A stretch of 63,364 nt of DNA, filler included, from Sphacelaria rigidula (taxonomy: Eukaryota): NCBI GenBank assembly GCA_964200075.2. It is 8 parts of 8 records of this genome, joined end to end, with 100 filler letters (N's around TTAATTAATTAA, not from the genome) between each part and the next. Parts side by side here need not be neighbours in the genome. Positions count along the whole stretch, not along the records: positions 7,935 to 15,767 come from CAXNAA020013312.1; positions 15,868 to 23,700 come from CAXNAA020013313.1; positions 23,801 to 31,633 come from CAXNAA020013314.1; 5 more parts are not named here. One strand, given 5' to 3'. The position numbers and the translations under genes are program-made. The notes below the pieces were generated by a model. It was not told the DNA's origin. It worked only from the letters and a program-made list of their open reading frames with translations, and searched no databases. Shown here one piece after another: positions 13,566 to 26,700 of this stretch. Position 1 is the stretch's first letter. Each line of letters starts with the position of its first letter.

Positions 13566-13959
13566 AGACGAAGATTCGGTAAACACGGGCATCGCGCAAG
13601 TCGGGGGTAGTAGGATACCGCTTTGTATCTGGCGCAAGCATCCATAAAGCTGCATATCAACGGCGAGCCGGAGGTGCGCGCTCTTCACGGCTGCTGTGTT
13701 TTGTCCAACTACGCCTCCCCCGCCCATAGCCCCAGGGTTGACATAGGTTGACAAAGACACTGTAAGAAATGCCACTAGCTGCGTGACCTAGGCAACCAGA
13801 TTATACCAGTTTTTCTTTTTCGCGTGAGCTTCTTCTGCGGTAACCATGATGGTCGATTTGGATAATTTTGTGTGGGGTGGAGAACCCCAATCCCGCGCAA
13901 AGGGGATGATCGTATTAAGTGGTGTTCAAAGGGTGAAACACCCATGAAGCAGAGTATGT

Positions 13960-14600
13960 CGTGGCTGTCTCTGGAAGTGGCGATTCCAGAAAGTGAGGCA
14001 ACTCATGTTAACCTCTCATCCAGGCGCAAAATAATCGGTACGTTCCGGGTCTACCTATCTTAGCAGGATACAGCTCACCCTCCCTGCGATTCACCGAATA
14101 CATCACGGCGCTTCGCGCTTGGTGATTGATTGCGAGCGTGGTCCGGCGAAAAAACCGTCGTGCTCCGTCCCGGCTTTGTAGGGGTGCGAGGTCAATGGTC
14201 GTATGGCTACGGCGCGCAGAATCATGGGTACACCGCCTCCCCCCCCCCGCGCGCGCAAAGGGGATGTTCATGCTACGTAGTGTATATATGGTGCGCCACC
14301 GATGATGCAGTGTGTGACCCATGGCTGTCTCTGGAAGTGGCAATGCCAGAACGTAAAGCAGCTCGTTTTAGGTTCACATCCAGGTGCAAAATAATCAGTA
14401 CGTTTCGGGCCGAACAATCTTAGCAGGGTGCAGCTCACCCTTCATGTGACTCGCCGAACACATCATGGCGCTTCGCGCTTGGTGATTGATTGCGAGCCTG
14501 GTGCGACGAAAAACCGTCGTACTCCGTCCCGGCTTTGTAGGACTTCGAGGCCAGTCATATGACTGCGACATATTCAAGATCATGAGTACACCCCTCCCCT
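13960..14600 (+). repeat. Two tandem copies (~360-bp period) of the poly-C-associated dispersed repeat
   Basis: TGGCTGTCTCTGGAAGTGGC at ~13962 and ~14322, each followed by colinear homologous sequence ending ATCATG.GTACACC.C.CCCC. Confidence 0.9.
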
Positions 14601-14704
14601 TTCTTCTTTTACGTTTTTCGCGCTTCATTACTTGACGGTTTCTTGTTGATTTGGACACCGTGACCAGGACGGGAGTATTGTGCTCGCTCGTATTGTTTGT
14701 CTCT

Positions 14705-15075
14705 TGTACTGTTGTTGTTGTTGTTGTTGTTGCGTGCCTTCATGCCACATCCCTTCCCCTTCCTTCCTCGAGATGAGTCCTTTGTTCGAGGCTCAAACGC
14801 GTCTCTCCTCCCTCCACGGTGCATGCTAAGAGTTCGGTATCGCGGGCTGGGTCAGCAATACCACACGGCGTCGTTTCTGGTCAGATTTTGTTCTTACAGC
14901 TGAGGTCCTCAGGTTTCCAACAACGGGTTCATCAGGTAATCCTTAAAAGGAAACTCCTGAAGAGGAAAATCCGTGTCTCCCGAAATCAGAATCCTCAACT
15001 CCGCTCTTGAGCCGGTTTGTGAGATACTGGCACTGTTGTGTACATGTATCGCTTGAGACCACCGCGACGCGGCGG
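14705..15075 (-). mobile_element. Probable tRNA-derived SINE with (CAA)n tail
   Basis: On the minus strand: degenerate A-box-like GGTGGTCTCAAGCG at the 5' end, 3' tail GGACTCATCTCGAGGAAGGAAGGGGAAGGG, then a (CAA)n tract. Confidence 0.6.
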
Positions 15076-15141
15076 ACGTTGTATGCTAGAAAACGCGTTC
15101 GTCCACACAACGATAGCTGACCACTTACCCCTTCGACCACT

Positions 15142-15223
15142 AGGTTAGGCGATCTGGTGAGTCGGCATCATTTATGCCATTTTTCAGGTGTAATTGATGC
15201 CGATCCAACAGATCGCCTAGCCT
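15142..15223. repeat. 82-bp hairpin (mini-MITE-like)
   Basis: Arms AGGTTAGGCGATCTGGTGAGTCGGCATCATT / AATTGATGCCGATCCAACAGATCGCCTAGCCT. Confidence 0.75.
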
Positions 15224-15695
15224 CGTGGTAAAAAGGTTAATGGAGGCAATTATCAACTTTCTCAAGATTCATGTATCGGTGTTAGACTGCACACGCCTCG
15301 ATGCATACCAGAACGCGCAAATTAGGGAGAAATATTTGACACTCTATAATATCCAGGTGCTTTTACTAAAACTCAAGCACAGCGGGCGCACACCATACTA
15401 TAACAGGGCGATATCGTTAGTACAAGCAAAAATTGACGGACTACTTCCAAGTGGGACTCCGTATTTTGAAGTGGATTGGGTGAGACTCACCCCACCTTTA
15501 CCATACCGTAAGAGTAGTGGTTAATGGTGCGAGCTGATTGATTTTCACCGTCGGAGTAAAGTGAGGGACCGCCTTGAGAAGGGTCGCCTTAGAGTGGTGT
15601 CCCCACCGGATACAAGTCTCATTTGCTTCATTGTGCACAATAAACGTGGTTTTTGGAGGATTGCCCTTCGCCCCCCCCCCCCTCCTCATGAGTAC

Positions 15696-15731
<36 letters not shown>

Positions 15732-15767
15732 TTTACAACCCCAAACCATCCCCCCAACCCCTTTGGG

Positions 15768-15867
15768 NNNNNNNNNNNNNNNNNNNNNNNNNNNNNNNNN
15801 NNNNNNNNNNNTTAATTAATTAANNNNNNNNNNNNNNNNNNNNNNNNNNNNNNNNNNNNNNNNNNNN
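15768..15867. other. Artificial contig spacer
   Basis: N44-TTAATTAATTAA-N44. Confidence 0.99.
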
Positions 15868-18800
15868 CGATTTACGTGAATATTTTGCCTCCCAAAACCA
15901 AGCACTTTCTTGGGGGGGGCTATCGTAGAAAGTGTCTAACCCTCACCCTAACTCTAACCATAGGGATATTCACATTCCGATGCGGTCCTCTAAGCACGAG
16001 GTCCTCTCACGCGTAATACTGTCACCTCTGTCACAAGGATATCTCTGCGCCTGTACTTCACAGGTGAATCTTACGTGTTGCATGATCCCAGGGATTTCGG
16101 TACTGCCCTTTGCTGGTCAATACAGGTGGCCCACAGCGGGGACGTTTGCCCACGTGTGTGCCTTGTTAATCGCGCCAAGGGCTCACCGCATGGTCTGGTG
16201 TTTGCTGCTGACGAAGGCCAAGGCAATGTTCAATTGTTTTCGATTGCATTGCTCTTATGTTCACGTGGCGACATAAGCGGTGTAATCGTGCTCCCAAATG
16301 AACAAGAACCCGACGAAGAGAAGCACGGGGGCAAAATACCCCGCCAACAGTTATCCTGCTGCTTGAAGTTTTTCATGAACTTGGGAAGGCTTCTGTGGTT
16401 CGGAGTCGACACCCCGCGAAAAAGAGCCAGTGCGGGCGACTTTCAATGGCCAGAACACGCGCCACAGGTATCAGATGACGACCCAAACCTGAAAGGTAAT
16501 GTACCGCTGCGCCTTCTCCGTGCACTGCAAAAGAAAGCGCGCGATGAGATGTCTTGCTGCTAGAGAAAACTCGGCAAAAGTGGTGAAAAACGTGAAATGA
16601 TACATGTACATATATAATACAAAATGCATAATACCGAATACCTAATACCTGATATATAATATACAACATATAATATAATAAATACTGTATAACATACAAT
16701 ATATAATATATAAGGATCTCTGCTGTCCACGGGAGCTGACCGCATCCGCCATCGCCTCGGCAATAAACCAGGGGACAGCCGGCCGGGTGTCCCCCCCCCC
16801 CCCTCCCCCCCCCGCCCCCCCCCCCCACACCCCCCCCCCACCCCCCCCCCGCCCCCCTCCCCGCCCCCTACNNNNNNNNNNCCCCCCCCCCCGGCAAAAA
16901 ACCCGGGGCCCGCCGGCCGGGGGCCCCCCCCCCCCCTCCCCCCCCCCCCCCCCCCTCAAAAACTCGGATTTTCGATCTTGGGGCCCACGTGTCCCGAAAT
17001 ATATTTCTGATAGACCCTTGGTACACGACAGGATTTTCGTGCATGAGTGTGGTATCGCGTACTAGTGAAGCCGGAAAGCAGACAGACGGCGAAAAATCCT
17101 TTGCATACAGTACTGACGGGACCCGAACTGATCTTGGGTGTGCTGTAGGTTGTGACAGTTTAAGAGACAACCAACTAGGCTACTGACAGTCAGCGCTTTA
17201 GTGCTTGGTTGGATGTTCGGCTGTCTAACTCGACTTGGTAGTAGTCGGAGCGTTGGAGCGGTCCCAGAACAGGTCTCAATAAAGGGAGGACCGTTTTGTT
17301 TGTGTTTATTATCGCGTTCTATGATCCAAACGATGGGAGCCACACAGGTGGCCATTCGGCTGCCTCTGCAGGGTCGGAGGGACAATCCCTTGTCAAGGTT
17401 GATTTTTGCAATGACCTTGTCAGTTGCTAACACCAACCAAAGTATTCATATCTGCGGACCCTGCACAGGGTCAGATCTTGTTCAGGGGGGGACAGATTAT
17501 ATGAACCCTGTGCAAGGATGCACCCTTTCCGGGTATAGGGAACCGTTGCCTGCCAAGGTTGCGTTTTTCACCAGACTCCGATACACCATGTCATCCACCA
17601 AGGTGTCCGAAAATGCGGACCGTGGACAACGTCGGGCGTTGTGCCGGGTGAAAGATATACAGGAACCCTGATCAAGGATGGACCGTGTTATGGATATACC
17701 GAAGCCGGCCCACTTGCAACGTCGAGTCTTGTTCTCCATAACAACCACGGATGCCAATTACAACGCTGAAAACATGCACAGCCCCCGTTCGGCGGACCAC
17801 GAGCAATGTTAGACGCAGATATGGCAACCGCTGCTGAGACGTGCCACCCCATGCAATATGGTCGGGCCGTAGCTGTGTACATTCATATGTTTATATCTAA
17901 TCATCTCCGAAATCACATGCTGTATATAGTATAGTATGTACACAGGGTATTTTGAACGCACGAGCCTGAACCATGCTTTGTAACGAGGCGTCCAGGAGAT
18001 GTAATGGTGATTTTAGTGTGCAAGTTCCTCCACACCCACCCCGGAAGATGACATTTCGGGCCAATACCAATGCTAGGGATCCGGTTCGCGGATTTTTGCT
18101 ACAGTTCGTTCGGGGGTACACAAGTGTTAGCGACCGTTCGAACGGACGCACAATCGCGGCGACCCTGCAATGTCTCCGTCGACTTATACTGGAATGAATG
18201 TACAATGTCCGCACCCGCCCGCACACGGACTGCCCATAATGTATACATATATATATATATATATATATACTTCCTCTGTCCCATGAATCTGGGGAGTTAT
18301 GTTTGTACGAGCCCTCAACGGTGTCGGATGTCTTTGACGACAATTTGTTTGAAATCTTGAGCGTTTTTCCGGTGAAAACTTTTTGTTTTCTTCTCGCGCG
18401 CTACCCTGCATGTGCTAGCGGCTTTATCCGCGAAAAATGTATGGATATCCGCGAATAAATACCAAAAAATACGAAATGAGTTGTTTTACTTTGACTACCA
18501 GCTGCTGGACAGGGGGGATGACGGATCAAATACCGCACATGTAAGGTCGAATCCCTGGAGAAAAAAAAGAAAATAGATTGAGAATAATGAACAGTAGATA
18601 TTTGAAGTTTGAATGTCACCCACCAGGACAGGCTAACGGGGGGCGGGGTGGCAGACGCGCAACAGCAGCAGCGCTTGACCCAGGACCAAGGCTATCCACC
18701 GCAAGAAAAAGCATGGAATACATTCCTCAAGAATGGCGTCAATAGCAGCACAGTAGTTTTCAACTGAAAAGGGAGATTTTCGTAGTGTTTTCGTAGTCGG

Positions 18801-19846
18801 GGATATTCGGAAGCGTCTTCGCGTACCACCGCTTATCCCAGTGGACGCAGTTGATCCCAAAAATTGGGGATCTACTACGCATCCCCTCCACATTCCAAAT
18901 AAGATCACATCTGCGTTCATCATTGAACGACTTACGGGCTGGCCGGTTTTGGTGTGGTGACTTACGGGCTCACCGGCTTTGGTGTGTGTGTGTGTGTGTG
19001 TGTGTTTGGTGTGTTGCTGCGGCATGGACAACATCATATTAGCTGCGTGTTCAAGTGGAATCCTGTCATGAGAGTGTGCATTGCGTAATGACCACTGTAC
19101 ACACCCGCCGCAGCCCATGCGCGGGAACACAGTGCATCCGGGCAGATAACGACAGTTGGATGCTCTGAGTACTCTACACGGCCGTGTACCCGCAAGTAGG
19201 GAAACTTGTGGAATCACATCATCGTCGTACTTACTACAAGTACCGTTGTCTGCTGTCTGCTGTGCGGACTGTACACTATGTCCAGCGGGCAACAGACGGC
19301 AGCAGTACAGAAGTACTACTGTACAGGGCCTGTACTGCTCTGAACAGTTGACAAGCGATGCGATACAGGCCCACCCCCGCTACTCGTGCTGCCACTTGGA
19401 TAGTCTGCACATTACACAGACACAGTGTACGGAGAGCGTAGTGTCTTGTACAACAGCAGTGCAACAACAATAGTATGATATGGCGGTATTCTCGATGGCA
19501 AGCAGTTGATGCATACTGTATACAGTCCGTGTTGTCAGAGCATCCATACAATCAAGCATGCGCGGTGCTTGGCTGACCAAGAAATCAAGCCGATCGTTTG
19601 CTCTTCAATATCAAGCAGAGAGTTTATCGCCGCAGGCTTGCCGTCTTCTGCCCTACGACAAGATGACTTATTTACTGCCGTGCTGTGGATTGCTGTGAAG
19701 TGCGCCTGGCCGCTGTTTCGTGTGTGCAGCATTCAATTTGAAACTGGTTTCATCGTGGGTTGGTTCTGGACACTCATTCAAAGAGCATATAATGTGATAT
19801 AAATTTCCCGTGGGTGTTATATTACGTATATATTTTCCTCTATCTA

Positions 19847-19905
19847 CAGGCAGTCAGTCATGGCTCAGGCAGTCAGTCATGGCTCAGGCAGTCAGTCATG
19901 GCTCA
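19847..19905. repeat. 19-bp tandem repeat x3
   Basis: (CAGGCAGTCAGTCATGGCT)3, perfect. Confidence 0.95.
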
Positions 19906-21424
19906 TATGTCAAAGCCGTGTCCACGTTGTCCACGCTGTTTTTCATCGGAAAAGTTGATATCACTGTTTTCGCTTTCGTTTTTTTTGCGCCGGGATACTG
20001 ACACGAAACATTCGCCGACAAACCGGCAAAATCACCCTCTGCGACACAACAGGCACAGAGCTATCGGTGTTGATGCGTGGTTTTGGCCGCAGTGCGCTCT
20101 CGCACGCAAGATCAACACATCACCGGTCGTAATGTAATCAAGGCTGTACTAAGTTCAATTCACTTCGGAGAACACGTGCTCAAAAATGCAACGTAACGAA
20201 GAAAAGCGTGGTATATCAACATGTACGGGCTGATATCCCATCCGAACGACGAAAGCACGGTAACATAGACCATAAACATCACAGAGAAAGACCATGCTGC
20301 GTGCGGCTCACCCCGGCTAAATGTACGCAACCGATCGTCTCTGCCCATAACCCCATCCCCACCCCCGATCTTTCTTCCTCCTTCTCCTTCCGCTCCGGGC
20401 CGTCAGTAGTGTGCGCTCCGTTTCTGGTACTCGTCAGTCATATCCACTTTAGGCCGTAGCTGTTGCGGGCATCTGCCTCTTCCCCTTGTTCTTGGGTTTC
20501 ATGGTGGTATCGTCTCCTCGAAGCTTCCGCTGCAATAGAGCAACAACCCCACACTTGCAGACTACAAGTTGTCTGCTGTCTGCTGTGCGGCATTCGTATG
20601 TACACTATGCGTGTGTGTTGTCGTCTCATCTGTTCTGGACGACGGTCTAGACATTTTGGAATATTTGGGCGCACCAGCCGGGGTCACACACACAGAAGGT
20701 TCGTGTTTAGGTTCTGAAACTAAAAAACACTGCATACTGCCGTGTTGTCTGATGTTGAGCGTAGTAGTTTGCACTCCATACACCACTGCAAATGTATATT
20801 GTTTTCAGTGTACTGTACTGTACTCCATATAATGGCGTCATGGTTCGAGCAGTTTTTCAAAACGTTCTGCTCGTTTTTCAAAAAGTTCTGCTCGTTTTTC
20901 AAAAGTAATCCGAAAAAACGAGAGTGGTTTCTGTACAGAAATCTAATGCCGAATCTGGAATAGCCTGAGACAACAACCAATTTGAAAACTGGAATAGATT
21001 ACTCTGCTTCGCAATCGCGCTTCCAATTTTCTTTTTTCCTTTTCCTTTGTTAGGGCCTGTCTTAGGCCGTGTCCTAGCATATCATATTTCGATCGAAAAA
21101 GTGTAATGAAAAAACTAAGCTAAGACAAGCCTTAGGGCGTGTCTAAGCACTTTTTTTTTCGATCGAAAGAGTGCGATCGATTTTTTTTTCCTGTCTGATA
21201 GGTCCACCGCATTTGTGTTCCTCGACGGCTTCAACTCAAAGTTGAAATTAGCAGCGCGCGGAGAAGAATGCAACGAGGGAAAAAAACATTTGTTTTCGAT
21301 CGAAAAAATGCAGTCGAAAGCCACGAAGCGGCATTTGACTCCTATATTACAGACCACCACGCCAAATAACACCTGTTCACAGGACCATGCAAACTCCATC
21401 CATCTCATTCTCAGCTACAACCGC

Positions 21425-22760
21425 AACCCTGCAGCATGGAGCACGAGATGAGCACAGGGATAGATAAACTACAGTGGTCGGGTGTGCTTTGTTTATTACT
21501 TGTTGGCGAAAACTTGCGCATCTTCTCTCATGGTAGGCATCAGGGACGGAACTAAGGTACGATAGGCAACCGAGTTGCGTGCACGCTCATGGACGATGCA
21601 GGCAGTACAAAGCTGCACGTTACTGAAGTTATTTTCACGCCGCATTTTAAGCAGAGAGAACTGATAGTCCTGGGCTGTCTGCACTACACGTTGTCCGCTT
21701 CTCCTTTATATCCTCCTGCACGAAACACGCACACACGTGCTCAAAACACCCTGCTTGCAAGCAGTGCAAACAGTACATACTGTCTAGGTAGTAGCTCCGT
21801 AAGCGCGCTTAAGGTTAAGCTTAGTTTGGGGTGTTCTGGCTTAAAGACGCTTTTTTTTGGAAAAGCTTGGAGAGAGCTTGACCCTTAGACCGCGAGGTTA
21901 GTCTTCTGTTGAATCGGCATCAATTTCAAGTGAAAAACTATGCATGATCATGTGATCCAGAAAGACTAATCTCGCGGTCTAAGGGTTACACACGCGGCCA
22001 TTCGGCTACCCCCTTAAACTCCTCTATCGCGATTTTCATCCTCTCGAGGGTAAAGTGACCCTCGGAAGGATAAAACTATCCTCTAGGGGGTATTTGGCTC
22101 CGGTCATGAAAAGAATTCTCTGGAGGGCATACGATGCTTCAGTGACTTCTGAGGTCTGAATCCCTCCAGAGTACCAAAAATATGGTCCACTGGAGCACGT
22201 GGTTTTCGTGAACGTCCCTTAGAGGGAAATATGAACGGTACAGGGAAATATGAGCATCATTCCTCTGGCGGAGGAATCGACTATGGCCTCTAAGGCATTT
22301 GTTGCGACTCCGGAAGACATAGCCGTGCAGTATCCTCCAGCGTGTACATCAGCACTTGTGCACTTGTATCCTATAACTGCTTTCAGGGGACCTTTGGGAC
22401 CATTACGCCAGAAAAAATATATGTATCACCCGCCGTTCACAGATTGAATTGCAAACCCGACAACGCCTATTCCCAGCTACAATACCACCACAATAGCCCT
22501 GCAGCAAAGAGCACGAGTTGGGCACAGGGATATAGATACACACTGCAGCAGTTGAGTATGATGTATGTCTTGTTGGTGGATGTTTGAACTTGAACAGCGG
22601 GGTATGGTGCTGGCAACAACCGGCGGCGGTTTACTGCATACACACCCATGGACAGTGCAGGCAGACAAAGCTGCGCACACTGTTCAAGTCCTTTTCACGT
22701 CACACTGTGAGCAGAAAACACACATTTAGTCCTGAGCTCTCTGTTCTGTACTTTGTCCCC
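21425..22760. repeat. Old diverged direct duplication (~21425-21710 vs ~22495-22760)
   Basis: Shared CCTGCAGCA..GAGCACGAG.TG.GCACAGGGATA and CATGGAC..TGCAGGCAG.ACAAAGCTGC...TTTTCACG...TAGTCCTG.GCT.TCTG. Confidence 0.65.
21882..21985. mobile_element. piggyBac-like MITE (104 bp)
   Basis: TIR CCCTTAGACCGCGAG(G/A)TTAGTCTT. Flanks TTGA / TTAC, each one mismatch from TTAA. Same TIR at 44102-44150. Confidence 0.7.
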
Positions 22761-23424
22761 TTCCCTTTCACGTCCTACTGACTGCAGCGGTGAGCACGCT
22801 GCAAGAACGGGCATCGTGTATACTCAGCAACTGACGGTATATAACACCCCCATGCACCCAAAGTTACAGTCATCCACTTTGTTTAGCCACGCGTGGCGCA
22901 TATGCCGCGCTAACTCTGAAGTATATTGCACAGCACGTATATAAGCACTATGGTACTGTCCTGCACGGTAGCGTACTGTTCAGTAGTACAGCATCAAACC
23001 ATGCTTATTGTTGTGAAGGTCATATCACCATCAACGTAGAGAATAAACCGCGATCATAATTTTTCGCGTGTACACTCGAGAAAATGCTTCATTTTGGTGC
23101 TCGAATGGTAAACAGGGGACTACGGGGTTTTGAAGCTTATATGTTTAAATATATGAGATTCATACGAGGTATACATCATAAGCACAAGCTCAAGCTACTT
23201 AGCATGGCTGTGTGTACATACACTCGCAATCGGTGTATGGGATTTGAAACCAATCGAGGCTGTTGAAGACTTCGATCCGCTTGCTCAAGATATGAAATGG
23301 GGGGCAAGAGGATGAGTTCTCAACGACTTTTGCTGTCTCTCGACTCTCATTCACCGATACCGTGCCATATGTTGGACTTAAACAGCAAAAGATGCTCGCA
23401 AATAAGAGTCCTTTTTTGCCCAGT

Positions 23425-23700
23425 TCAAGGTATTGGTGGGCAAAATGAGGACTTATTTCGAACAGTTTCTGGTGTATAAATTCCATTTGCGAGTGTGTAT
23501 GGGATTTGCACAGCCTCTGCTGTTCGAAATAAATCATTTTGGCCTGATTCCAATAATTTGGAATCAGGGCTTATTTCGAACAACAGTTGTGAAAATTACA
23601 GATTTCCATAGCACTTGTGCCTCCAAAAACAACGCAGAACAACAAATTGTGCGAATTGAGGTTTAACTCCGAGATGAGGTTCATCCTTAAACAGTGCTTT
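23425..23700 (+). repeat. Dispersed repeat (DNA-transposon-like, non-coding)
   Basis: 23425-23590 matches 39138-39310 (GGTATTGG.GGGCAAAATG...CAGCCTCTGCTGTTCGAAATA). 23640-23700 matches the reverse complement of 39678-39740. Confidence 0.85.
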
Positions 23701-23800
23701 NNNNNNNNNNNNNNNNNNNNNNNNNNNNNNNNNNNNNNNNNNNNTTAATTAATTAANNNNNNNNNNNNNNNNNNNNNNNNNNNNNNNNNNNNNNNNNNNN
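23701..23800. other. Artificial contig spacer
   Basis: N44-TTAATTAATTAA-N44. Confidence 0.99.
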
Positions 23801-24830
23801 CATGGACCGTCTCACCGAGCGGGCGGGGAACAACATCGCCCGCCCTCGAGTCAGCACAGTGAAGACACTGGCGGACAAATTCGTGCACATTAGTTTCTAT
23901 CCCCTTCCAGACACAAAACTATTTCAAACGCACGAGCGTCGCATCCGCACCTCGATGCCCGGCATCGCGCATGTGCGCACAAATCATCAAGCGTACCTGC
24001 AACTGCTTGTCAGAACTCGGAATCCACAAAACGTTTCGACCACGCACATGCACACGAAACAGACCTTCATTGTCCAAGATAGCAGTACCAACATCCGACT
24101 CGAAAGATTGCACATCCGCATCCTCAGCTCCAAGGTCTTCGTTGCGCTTGGCGGCTCTTAAACCGTCACAACCTGAATTCTACGGGTGGCGTTTTCCACG
24201 AAGGAAGTTGCATATCGCTGCCACTGCTCCGGTTGGCGTGTGGAGCGGATGTTGGGAACCTTCGCCCGGGTTCAAATGACGCTGTCCGCGGAGTAAGATC
24301 AACAGAGTTGACATGGGCATATATTTCGGCTGATAAAGTTGAACGGTACTACAGTGTCATTATCAAACCCTGCGACCATCAGAAATGAAACAAAAGTGGG
24401 CAAAACTCCAACTCCGTTACTGTAGGCTGGCATGGCATGAGAAGCGCACGATGGACGACACATTCGATCAAAAGCATAGAGATGTTCAACCCCGCCACCC
24501 ACCCTCCCTCCTGGACATTCGCTCACGGTAGATGTGGAGGCTCCCCAAGGCTCACTCATTCGATGCGACGTGTACATGGCGAAGCTTCGGCGCCGGTCGA
24601 GGCATTCCGGACGTAATGTACGACACCAAAATCGATCTTAGGGTACGAGCACCACGAGTCCCCTGTTGCAGTGATACCCTGCAAACTATAAATGCTGAAG
24701 ATCGCACGCATCTGACTGTTTCGCCCGTATTTCCGGTGATGGTTTTGGCTTCTGCGCGAGATTGAGGACGCCTAGATTCGGGCATATACCAGACCTTCAC
24801 ATAAATCCCTCACTCCGACGCTCACAGTTT
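23801..24830 (-). pseudogene. Ty3/Gypsy pol remnant (integrase HHCC zinc-binding domain plus decayed RT)
   Basis: 23801-24160(-) reads LWIPSSDKQLQVRLMICAHMRDAGHRGADATLVRLK*FCVWKGIETNVHEFVRQCLHCADSRAGDVVPRPLGETVH, a classic Gypsy H2C2 motif with one stop. Upstream lie far more decayed RT-like peptides (KVWYMPESRRP, SGMPRPAPK). Confidence 0.85.
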
Positions 24831-25130
24831 TTACACAGATCAGACAAATGACACCTTGCCGGCATACACTTGCATGGATGAGAGTGGCCCGGATGGCATG
24901 TATAGTATCGCCAGCCACAAGCAGATGTTTCGGTTCACGTTGCATCTCACCACAGGAGATTCCGGGTGTGAGAGAGCTTCGTCCTCTATTACTGCTCAGC
25001 GTACGTGGTGCTTCGGAAAGGCCTGCGCACCGTCAACATATTGCTTCGGCTGACAGGCCGTCGCGGCATGGCACCTATAATCTGTGTGACAGAGAAGGAC
25101 CGCTACCAGTAGCTGGTCGTTCTACACCTG

Positions 25131-26700
25131 ATGCACATGGCACATGTGGCGGAATCAAACTTGAAGATCGTGAAACAGCTACTTTCGCTGTCCTTGTGCG
25201 ACAGCAGGAATTGGGCAAGGGTGGGGTTTGACGAGCGGCAGAAGATGGCGAAAAAGTTCTTCAAAATAACCATTAACAAGAAGACCCCTACTGCGCTGGA
25301 GGAGCTTGATCCTATCGGCGAATGCCGGAATGTGATGAAAGGGGAGGTGAAGGAGCAACCGTTCTTCGGAGAGGGCGTCGGGCGGCGGTGACGATGGCGG
25401 TGGGAAATGTAGTTTAGGGCTGGCGGTGACGACACGGCGCTCGAATTCAGCGGCGGCATCAGGCGGGTGATGGAAGACAGGAGTAGCGATGCTGCCGGTG
25501 GCGGCAATTTCGGCGAACGGAGGTATCGACGGCAGAGGTCTGGCGGGAGCGGACCCGCAGACATATCTTGCGGCGGCAACAAACAGGCGACCAAGAGGGG
25601 TAGCGCCGGCGCAGACGATGGCGCCGGACGCGGGTTTTGACACCCGCACGGGGATTTAGTTCGACTCTATCGTATCTTGCGGCGTTGACAGGCTTTGAAG
25701 CGAAGGGGAACAGCGGCGGTGGGAGAAGCACACCAGTCAAGTGCCGTGCTCCCTCGCCTTTCTAGTCGTGGATCGCAACGCCATCTGCTGTGATGGCGTG
25801 ATGACGTGGGCCTGATCAGAGCACCCACAACGCGGCAGGACACGGTGTGGGTGAGAGAGAGATGTCCGCAGTCCATTTGGGAGAAGTAGCACGTGACTTC
25901 TATCGATGCTGATAAATGGATCGTTGTACTCCTGGGCATGCCCTCTGGGTGCATTACGCCGCAGGGCTCAGACGTGGCACAAGTCACTAACAAACGCGTT
26001 GTGAACGATGGCTCCTTGTACATACTGGTGAACAGGGTATACAACGCGATCGAGAACTGAGGGACAAGAGCGAGAGTTCTAAGCCGCCCGACGGACAGTA
26101 TTCGTGGCGGACTTACCCTACGCTGCTGTTCATGTTCTTCTACCTGTTGGCTGGATGGTACTTCCTACCATATGCATCCGGGTTTGTGTCATGTCACTGT
26201 AGAAGATCTACCTGTCCATAACAACAGCGTATGGGCACATACTCTCCCGCTGCTGTCCAGACTCGGACGCCCGCCGGAAGCACGTGAGTATGTTAATGCA
26301 AGCCAGCAAAAGCGGCGCGAGGAAGTCACAGATGCCAAGGGTGCAGGTGTCCGGCGCACTGCGCGCTGCGCGGCGGTTGCCGGGACAATTGCTTTTTGCC
26401 CCCGCCCACTTCGCGAGTGACCGGCGCGGTCCCCCCTCGTGATACCAGGAGCGGAAATAGCGGCACACGCAACCGATCTCATTTTATGGGAAGGAAGGGC
26501 CCACAGCGAACAATGGAAGGGGCGGATTCACGGCGTATCGTCGAAGGGGCAGGGCGAATGGAGCGAGCAGTGCATCGGGGGCCGCTGTTCGTGTACGTCA
26601 TGGTGGGGAACCGTGCTGATGCAACGGTAGGAGGGAGATGGTGGGGGAGTCGGATCCGAGAACAGATCCTAGCAGTAGCAATTGTTGTGACCGTGAACCA
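25131..26700 (+). pseudogene. Possible decayed Gypsy gag and chromodomain fragments
   Basis: KIVKQLLSLSL...RVGFDERQKMAKKFF followed by a Gly-rich stretch. DLILWEGRAHSEQW at ~26475-26520 is weakly chromodomain-like, with a purine tract at ~26628-26648. Confidence 0.25.

Noticed and set aside
16742-16960. Duplicated GC-rich motif and long C-runs around a 10-N gap (G-quadruplex or poly-Pro ORFs)
   Set aside because: The second copy looks like an error-degraded read of the first. Poly-C tracts at gaps and contig ends (also 15670-15767 and 55350-55390) are unreliable.
16040-20560. Scattered exon-like segments in contig 3 (and at 12260-12520, 30700-31190, 38480-38900, 49500-50020, 53420-53620)
   Set aside because: Some have plausible splice signals, but I could not build a consistent frame or recognise a domain, so they are left unannotated.
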